Below are positions 39,996 through 48,300 of a stretch of DNA of 64,000 nucleotides, piece by piece. Positions within the stretch are counted from its first letter, which is position 1, and each line of letters starts with the position of its first letter. The notes under the pieces were generated by a model. It did no database searches and was not told the origin of the DNA. It saw only the letters and a list, made by a program, of their open reading frames with translations. The translations under genes and the position numbers were made by a program. Origin of the DNA: an uncultured Verrucomicrobiae bacterium (GTDB lineage Bacteria > Verrucomicrobiota > Verrucomicrobiia > Limisphaerales > Palsa-1400); the NCBI GenBank assembly GCA_963707025.1, contig CAVPOM010000002.1:71877-135876 (forward strand), given 5' to 3'.

Positions 39996-40021
39996 CGGGT
40001 TTCCTTTCGTTGAGGTTTAAT

Positions 40022-40112
40022 TGGCGAAAGGCGTCGGTAACGCTCCGACCTCGGGTTTGAGCCGATCCTGTTTTCGGGACAGGCGCAGCCAGCTTGTATC
40101 TGCCTGCCTTCC
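40022..40112 (-). tRNA. tRNA-Ser(CGA)
   Basis: CCTGT-CCCGAAA-ACAGG; long V arm; G73-CCA. Confidence 0.88.
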
Positions 40113-40209
40113 ATGAGTGCAGAATTGGGATTGTAGAATGCAGAATAGGAAATCATTTGTGGCTTCATGGAGCATTCCTCACTTTGCATTCTGCACTCTG
40201 CATTTAAAA

Positions 40210-40283
40210 TGGCTGCCAGACTTGGACTCGCACCAAGACAAGCGGCTTAACAGGCCGCCGTGCTACTTTGACACCACCTGGCA
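40210..40283 (-). tRNA. tRNA-Asn(GTT)
   Basis: GCGGC-CTGTTAA-GCCGC; CCA. Confidence 0.9.
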
Positions 40284-40346
40284 ATGGCGCTGCCGGCAGG
40301 ATTCTCACCTGCAGCCTTCGCCCGCCGGCACGCAGCAGGCGAAGGC

Positions 40347-40434
40347 TGGTGGGAAGTGCTGGTAATGCTCCAGTCGTCGCTTCCAGCTTGTTTGAAGACA
40401 CCGGATTTACAGGCCGGCAGCCGGATCACTTCCC
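40347..40434 (-). tRNA. tRNA-Tyr(GTA)-like lacking a D arm
   Basis: GGGAAGTG/CACTTCCC acceptor, 9-nt linker, loop CTGTAAA, long V arm, A73-CCA. Confidence 0.75.
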
Positions 40435-40440
40435 TGAAAT

Positions 40441-40513
40441 TGGTAGCGGGGGTGGGAGTCGCGCCCACGGAGGCTGAGCTTATGGGGCTCGCCTGAATCT
40501 CATTCTCCCCGCA
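40441..40513 (-). tRNA. tRNA-Met(CAT), initiator-like
   Basis: U1:U72 mismatch, GCGGGG/CCCCGC acceptor, loop CCCATAA, small D arm, CCA. Confidence 0.75.
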
Positions 40514-40618
40514 GTGAAAAGGCCTGGCAGCCGTGGCGGCGCAGGACGAAGCATCAGCCCGCCGTCGCTAAAGCCATGGCGGCCAGCCTTCGCCCGCCGC
40601 TATGCAGCGGGCGAAGGC

Positions 40619-40693
40619 TGGTGGAGTCGGTGGGTAACGCTCCCACATCAGCTTGCTTGCAGGGCAAATGCATTGCTTGTCTGCCACGACCCC
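40619..40693 (-). tRNA. tRNA-Ala(TGC)
   Basis: G3:U70 pair; loop CCTGCAA; CCA. Confidence 0.88.
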
Positions 40694-40700
40694 ATGAAAT

Positions 40701-40772
40701 TGGCAGGCTGCCTCCGTGCCGCCCGGAGTGGGCTGAGTTTTGGAGACCCGGCCGCGTGCTGACGCGCAGCCT
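40701..40772 (-). tRNA. tRNA-Trp(CCA), small D arm
   Basis: AGGCTGC/GCAGCCT acceptor; loop CTCCAAA; G73-CCA. Confidence 0.75.
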
Positions 40773-40783
40773 GCAAAAGAAGT

Positions 40784-40857
40784 TGGTGCGGCTGCCGGGA
40801 GTTGCGCCCGGACTTCCTCCGTGGCGGGGAGGCATTCTGCTGTTAAATCACAACCGC
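40784..40857 (-). tRNA. tRNA-Gly(GCC), first gene of the array
   Basis: CCTCC-CCGCCAC-GGAGG; A73-CCA. Confidence 0.85.
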
Positions 40858-40905
40858 GGAAATTAAAAGGGCCGGGCGCGTTGCTGCGCCCGGCCCATGC
40901 CATTT

Positions 40906-40923
40906 CAACAAAGAACAAACACC
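40906..40923 (-). promoter_or_regulatory. boxA-like leader sequence, complementary to the array trailer at 34145-34162
   Basis: Minus strand reads GGTGTTTGTTCTTTGTTG; perfect 18-bp inverted copy at the other end of the array. Confidence 0.65.
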
Positions 40924-40980
40924 TCTTGGCGATCTATTCGATCCCAACCCGCGGTTTCACGGCGGCTGTTTCGGTGTTTA

Positions 40981-41038
40981 GCCCTTCGACTCCGCGCGTC
41001 GCGCGTCGCTCAGGGCTAACCCTGAGCTTGCCGAAGGG
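40981..41038. repeat. REP-like repeat (CCCTTCGAC...CTCAGGG...CCCTGAG...CGAAGGG)
   Basis: Nested palindromes seen directly. Confidence 0.65.
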
Positions 41039-41275
41039 TTTTAGGGGCACACCTCCTATAAAGCCCTTGATATGTAAATCTAAAATTCGTCTCGTCCATC
41101 CTGGTGACGCTGTTCTTCTGGTCGTGGGCAGAACCCACCGGTGAGGTTTCTCCGCTCATCCTCGCCAAATTCAATTTATTGCCAGAAGACATCATCAAGA
41201 TGTCGCTTTGTTCTTGTTTACAGATTATCCGTCTTTCATTGTTAATCGTTCCCATTCATGCTGTTCAGCGATAAT

Positions 41276-41307
41276 AAAAAACCCTGCTTGCATTTCGGCA
41301 AGCAGGG
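41276..41307 (-). terminator. Intrinsic terminator (attenuator) upstream of the tRNA array
   Basis: CCCTGCTTGC-CGAAAT-GCAAGCAGGG-TTTTTT. Confidence 0.9.
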
Positions 41308-41330
41308 CGGAGAAAGTTCTGTTTCGTTCG

Positions 41331-41501
41331 TTACCTGCTTGCCAGGAGTCCATCCAACTTGACCTGTTGTTCCGATGCGGTGCTGGATAGGCTAAGGCCA
41401 AACACACTACCCCGGTTATACCGGTTATGACGTGTCCCAATGGTCATTGGGGCCGCCGTAATCGGCCAACTCGCGGTTGATATGTTTAAGCAAGCTTTCA
41501 T
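41331..41501 (-). CDS. Putative 56-aa attenuator leader peptide
   Basis: MKACLNISTASWPITAAPMTIGTRHNRYNRGSVFGLSLSSTASEQQVKLDGLLASR*; lies between the promoter and the terminator; its last codons form the antiterminator strand. Confidence 0.75.
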   Translation of the reverse strand: MKACLNISTASWPITAAPMTIGTRHNRYNRGSVFGLSLSSTASEQQVKLDGLLASR

Positions 41502-41514
41502 TGAACTTATAAGA

Positions 41515-41543
41515 AGGGTATCATGCCCTGTTTATTTCGTCAA
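41515..41543 (-). promoter_or_regulatory. Sigma70-like promoter of the tRNA array
   Basis: TTGACG-17 nt-TACCCT with extended -10 TG and AT-rich upstream region; ATG 13 nt downstream. Confidence 0.7.
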
Positions 41544-42340
41544 CTACTCTTTTAAAATATTTTGAGATTTTTTTATTCCCCACGAATTCAAGTATTCGGA
41601 TAGGTTGATGCGAGCCACCTCAAGCAGCGCGAAGCTATTGCACTGAGGCCGTGAGATTGCCGCGGGCCTGCCGCTCCTATTTCTCCGGGTTGATGAATGA
41701 GCCGGCGGCAGGGTTTGGCCTCGCGTTGACTGAATGGGAAAATGATTTTAAAATAAAAAACTGGGCGTGTTTGTTTTTTACTTGGAAAGCAAGCGGGGGA
41801 ATACCGGCAGAGGGCCGGCTCCAAGGGCTCCAAGTCGAAAAGGAAAAAGGAGAAACGACAGAGCAAAAAGAGCGGGAAAGCAAGCAAGCGCCAGGAAATG
41901 TGACGCAAGGTAACAGGCAGGTAACGGCCCCAAAAGCCACAACTCCCTCAGTATCAACAGGTGTAACGGGGTAACAGGTGTAGCGCAGCAATGCCCCCTC
42001 TGCCGCACGAAGAACATTGGAGTCCGTCAGACCAACCGAGTCGCAAGCCTTTTCCGCACCAAAAATCCCCAGCGCCATGGAAGATTTGGCGGCGGCGGCC
42101 AGGGCGCGGTGAGGAGGGATCGCCCCGCCAGTAGGGAGCACGGGCCAGGGAACAAATTCCCTAAAAGCGGCCGGCGGGCTGTGGCTGAATCCAAAAAGCG
42201 GCGGAAAGGCCGGTGAACAGGACGGCAGGCACACGGCGGCCGTTCCATCCCCGCGGCTGGCATGACTTTTGCATAGGAATCCGGCGCGAACAAGTTTCTG
42301 GACGCAAGGGACAACCAAACAAAAGCCCAAAGGCAAGAAT

Positions 42341-45300
42341 ATGAATGACACCAACGCCAGGAGACACACTCGGGAGGATGTCTGTTTCCCGCAGGAAAAG
42401 CCGGCACGAAGACCAAAACCCGTCCGCGTGGAGCGGCGCCGGGTGCCGATCGAATGGCGCGGCCAGTCTGGAGCGCTGCCCCGGGCGAAGGTGGTGTTCC
42501 GCAACAGCCTAGCGGTGCTTCTGGCGGCGGGCGCGTTTGGTGTTGCGCAAGCCAGCCCGCCGCAGGCACCTGTCTTTACCACGCAGCCGGCGAGCCAGAC
42601 GGTGGCAGCGGGCGGGACGGCCACACTGAGCGCGGTCGCGTCGGGCAGCCCGGCGTATCAGTGGTATTTCGCGTTTAACGGGGCAACCAACCTGATAGCA
42701 ACCGGCGCATCGGCGAGCATCGGCGGCGACTATGCAAACGAAGGGAACTTTTTCTGCGTGGCCAGCAATTCGTACGGAGCGACGACCAGTTCGGTCGTGT
42801 CGCTGGGGGTTCAATTTGCGTGGTTGGAGTATGGCTACTCTGGAGGGTGGCAGGTACTATACGGTTCCGTCCGGCGTGACCAATCTCGCGGTGGATGCGG
42901 TTGGGGCCGGCGGAGGAAGCGGCGGACACGACGCGAGTGTTGCCGGCTATGCGGGGGGCGGGCGCATCTGGTTTTGGGGCGTGGCGAACGTGACGGCGGG
43001 CGGCACGGTAACTATTGGCCTGGGTGGCACGGGAGGCGGAGGCGGGTCGTCGGTGGACTGCGCCGGGGCCGGCCCCGGCGGGTACTCTCCGTGGGGCGGT
43101 GTCTATGGCGGGTCAGGCGGCAATGCGGGCTGCACCGGCACCTCCGGGGGCGGTGGCGGCGGCGGCGGAATTTCGATTGTTGAGTTTCCATCCGGCGCGT
43201 CCTATCCGTACCTGGTGTTGGGCGGGGCGGGTGGCGGAGGCGGGGGCGGCATTAACGGGGCCGACGGTTCTTCCAGCGGAGGATACCCCTCACAGGAACT
43301 GGCCAGCTCGTCGGGATATACTCCCAGCGCCTACAGTGGTGGCGGCGGAGCCGGTTCGTCGGGCGATGGCGGCGGCGGCGGCGGCGGCGGCGCGGGGATT
43401 TGGAGCGTGTCGGGGGGCGGCACGTTTGGCACGGGCGATCATATTGGCGGCGGCGGCTACGGAGGTTATTCATTCCAGCCGGACAATCTCGCGCCATCCG
43501 GCAACTCGTGGAATCATAGCTGGTACGATAACGGGGCCAGCTCGGGGGTCTGCGCCTTCCGGCCGGCGGCCCTGGCCCGGATCTCGATGCCGGGACCCAG
43601 TGTCACGATTTTGTCCGGCCAGAGTTTGTCGTTGACAGCGCAGTTTTTTACGCAGGACACCGTCGAATACGTCAAATGGTATCGGAACGGCAGCTATTAC
43701 ACCTCAACCGCGGCGGCTTCGCAGGGCGATTATGCCTATAGCTCCACGCTTGCTTTCGGGACGGGCTACGCCAACGGAGATGTCTGGACGGTGCGGATTG
43801 AGACTTACCTGGAATCTTATTGGGGCGAAGCCATTTATCCGGTCGCCATCAGCACGGCGACCACGCTGAACGTAATTTATTCTCCCGCGATTGGCAGCGA
43901 GCCAGGCAGCCAGACCGTGACGAGCGGCGGGAGCGCCTCCTTCAGTGTGACGGCGACCGGGGCGACTCCGCTGTATTACCAGTGGCAAGACGATGGCGCC
44001 CGCCTGAGCGGCGCGACCAACGGGAGCTACAGCCTGAGCGCGGCGCGAACCAGCGACGCGGGCAGCTACACCGTGGTGGTGAGCAACGCATACGGGGCCG
44101 TGACCAGCACGGTGGCGGTGCTAACGGTGAACAAAGCCACCCCCGTGGTCAATTCCTGGCCCACCGCCAGCGGCATCACCTACCTGCAGGCCTTGTCGGC
44201 CTCGACTTTGAGCGGCGGCAGCGCCAGCGTGGGAGGCACTTTTGCGTTCACGACGCCCGCGAGCACGCCGCCGGTAGGCAGTGACGCCGCGTCCGTCACC
44301 TTCACGCCGACCGACACCGATAACTACAACACTGTTACCGGCTCGGTGAACGTGGCTGTCGTTCAAGCCACTCCGCTCGTCAGCGTGTGGCCCGCTGCCA
44401 GCGCCATTACATACGGGCAGGCCCTCTCGGCTTCCACGTTGAGCGGAGGGACGGCCTCGACCGGAGGCAGCTTTGCCTTCGCTACACCTGGAACCACCCC
44501 CAGCGCCGGAACTTGCTATGCCTCCGTCGTATTCGCGCCGTCAGACACGGCCAGCTACAACGCGGTGACGGACACGGTTGCGGTGGTCGTGGGCAAGGCG
44601 GCGTCGCTTGTGACCGCCTGGCCCGCCGCCAGCGGAGTTACCTACGGGCAGAAGCTCTCCGCCTCCACCCTCGGTTCCGGGACGGCGGCGCCCGGCGGCA
44701 CGTTCGCCTTCACCGCGCCTTTGACGACACCGAACGCGGGGACTTACACCGCCGCAGTCACTTTCACCCCGACCGATGCTTTGGACTACAGCATCGCCAG
44801 CGGAACGACACAGGTGACGGTGAGCCAGGCCACGCCGACTGTGACCGCGTGGCCCGCCGCCAGCGGGATCGTCTATGGACAGCCTTTGGCGGTGTCCCTC
44901 TTGAGCGGGGGCAGCGCTTCGGTGAGCGGCAGTTTCACTTTTGATGCGCCAACGAACACGCCGGATGCCGGGAACTACAGCGCGGCGGTGAGCTTCACGC
45001 CTGCCGACACGGCGGACTACAACGCGGTGAGCGGGACGACCAGCGTCACAGTGGCCCAGGCCGCCCAAGTGATCACGCTCCAGTTGCAGGCTAGCAATTC
45101 GATCCCGCTCAACCAGTTCACCAATGTCCCGGTCCTGGCCACAGCCAGCTCGGGCTTGCCCGTGGTCCTGACGCTGGGAAGCAACAGCGTGGCGGCGCTG
45201 GACCCGACGGGGACCAATTTGGTATCCATCGGGCAGACTGGCATCGTGACCCTGCTGGCCGATCAGGCCGGCGACAGCAATTATCTGGCGGCGACCGAGG

Positions 45301-48300
45301 TGGCGGCAACCTTTGACGTCACGATGATGAACCAGACCATTACATTCGCGCCGATCCCGCCCCAGGTAACAACCAATTTGACCTGGCCATTGAGCGCCAC
45401 CTCCGACTCCGGCCTGCCGGTGGCTTTCGCCGTGATGAGCGGCCCAGCGACGCTCGACTCCACTGGCACCAATGTGACCTTCACTGGCGCGGGATCGGTG
45501 GTGGTGCAAGCCTCCCAGCCTGGCGACGGCACCAATTACAACCCCGCGGTTCCCGTCATGCAGGCGATTCAGGTCAGCCTGGCGCAATCCGCCATCACTT
45601 GGAGCGCGCTGCCGGTTTCGACCTTCGGCGACCCGCCGTTCAGCCTGGACGGAGTGTCGAGTTCCGGGGACGCCGTCACTTACACCAGTTGGAACACCAA
45701 TGTGGCCGTGGTGCAGAGCAATCTGGTTACCATCGTCGGCGCCGGCACGGCGGTCATCTCCGCGCAAGACGCGGGGGACAGTTTCTATTCTGTTGACACT
45801 GTCCAGCAGGTGTTGACGGTGAATCCGGCCACCCCGGCGCTCACCCTGCCCTCCGCCACTTCCATCACCTTCGGCCAGAGCCTGGCCTCCGCGACGCTGA
45901 CCAATGGCAGCGCGGACTTGGGCACCAACGCCGTGAGCGGCAGTTTTGTCTTCGTGGACGCCTCGATTGCTCCCAATGCCGGCGTCTATGCGGCTGCGGT
46001 ACTGTTCACGCCAAGTGACACGACCGACTATACGAGCGTTCTCACCAATGTAAACGTCGTGGTCGCGCCGCTCGCGCCGGCCATCATCGCCTTGCCGGCG
46101 GCCATGCCGATCACCTTCGGCCAGAGTCTGGCGGCTTCCGGGCTGATCAATGGCAGCGGGTCGGTTCCGGGCAGTTTCGCCTTTGCGGACAGCAGCGCCA
46201 CGCCGGGCGGCGCGGGGGCATATACCGCAACGGTGACATTCACCCCGGCGGACACCAATTACGCCGTGGTTACTGCCTACGTGCAAGTCGAGGTGGACCA
46301 GGCCGCTCCCATTGTCAGTTCGTGGCCGATTACGACGCCGATCAATTTCGGCAATCCGTTGTCGGCCTCCACCCTGGTCGGCGGCAGCACCACCCCGGCG
46401 GGGACGTTTGCCTTCAACGACCCCACGGCGATTCTGAATGTGGGCACCAACTATGTGCTGGTCGTTTTCACGCCGAATGACTCGGCCGACTACACGACAG
46501 TCACCGGGTCGGTGGCGGTGGCGGTGGGGCAAGGCCTCGTGGAAATCACGGTGCTGCCGGCCGCTTCGCCCATCACCTACGGCCAGAGCCTGGCCTCCTC
46601 GGCCTTGAGCGGCGGCAACGCGACGGTGGGCGGGAGCTTCGCCTTTCAGGACAGCAGCCTGATCCCGCCCGGCGCGGGGACTTACAACGCGGCGGTGGTG
46701 TACACGCCGACCAACGCGAATTACTCGGTGATCGTGACCAATGTCGCGGTGACGGTGAACAAGGCGACGGCCACGGTCATGTTGAGCGACACCAACCAGA
46801 ACTATAACGGCGCGGCCAGGAGCGTCACCGTCAGCACCACGCCGGCCGGTTTGACCGTCGAGGTGACCTACAATGGCGCCGACACGCCGCCCGTAACGGC
46901 AGGCTCCTATGCGGTGGCCGTCACTGTCAACGACACTAATTACACCGGCTCCGCCACCGGCACGCTCCTCGTGAGCAAACTTCCGCTGGCCGTAACGGCG
47001 CAGGGCGTGACCCGGTGGTATGGCGGCACCAACGCCCCGTTCACGGCGACGGTCAACGGATTCGTCAACGGCGAGAACATGAACAACCTGTCCGGCAGCC
47101 TGGCCTTTACCGTGGAGGACACCAACGCCACGGAGGTTTCGGTGGACACCAACACGCAGGCCGGGACCTACACGATTATTCCCGGCGGCCTGGGCTCCAG
47201 CGACTACACGATCACCTATAGCAACGCGACCTTGCTGATCATCCCGGCGATCCTGACGGTGACGGCGGACAGCCTGACCAATGTCTATGGCTCGCCCATA
47301 CCGGCATTGACCTGGAGTTACCAGGGATTTGTGAATGGCGAAGGCACCAATGTGCTCTCGGGCGCTCCGAGCTTGAGCACCGATCTCTCTTCCGGCAGCC
47401 CGGTCGCGGGCAGCCCTTATACGATCACCATCACCACCGGGACGTTAAGCGCCAGCAACTACATCTTCACCAACTATAACGGGACCTTCACCGTTCTGGC
47501 GGCGCTCCTCACCGTGAGCGCCGACAACGTGACCAACGTCTATGGCTCGCCCATGCCGGGGCTGACCGGTTCCATGTCGGGTGTCACCAACAACGATCCG
47601 TTGTCGGTTTCCTTCACCACGGCCGCGACCCAGAGCAGCAGCGTCGGCGCTTACAACATCCTGCCCTTGTTCAACGACCCGAACCTGCTGGCGAATTACA
47701 CCGTTACCACCAACCTCGGGACGTTCACCGTCACCCCGGCGCCCCTGCTGGTGACGGCCGACCCTCAAACCCGCGCCTACGGCTATGCCAACCCGGCGCT
47801 CACCCTGACCTACAGTGGATTTGCCGCTGGCGATGACGCCTCTGCGCTTCCGGTGGCACCGACGGCGACGACCCCGGCGGTGCCGGCTTCACTCCTGGGT
47901 TCGTACCCGATTACGCTTGGCGGCGGTGTATCCGGCAACTACACGTTCACCTATGTGAACAGCACACTGACGGTGACGAAGGCGCCGCTGACGGTCGTGG
48001 GTAACAACGCCAGCCGTCCCTTCGGCTCGGCCAACCCGGCCTTCACGGCAACCATCACCGGAGTCATGAACAACGACAATATCGCCGCCCGGTTCTACAC
48101 CAGCGCGACCACCAACAGCCTGCCGGGTGATTATATCATCCGGCTTTCCCTGAGCGATCCCGCCGGCAAGCTGGGGCAATACAGCGCGACCCTCAACAGC
48201 GGCATCCTGACGGTGACGGGGGCCACGTTGATTGGCCAAGTGCAGGACGTGCGCCGCGCCTACGGCCAAACCAATCCCGTGTTCACCGTGAGCTACAGCG

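Noticed and set aside
41016..41255. 79-aa ORF or tRNA-like element between the attenuator and the array
   Set aside because: The ORF runs into a REP-like repeat and has no motif; only a T-arm-like hairpin is present, no cloverleaf. A structured leader RNA is not excluded.
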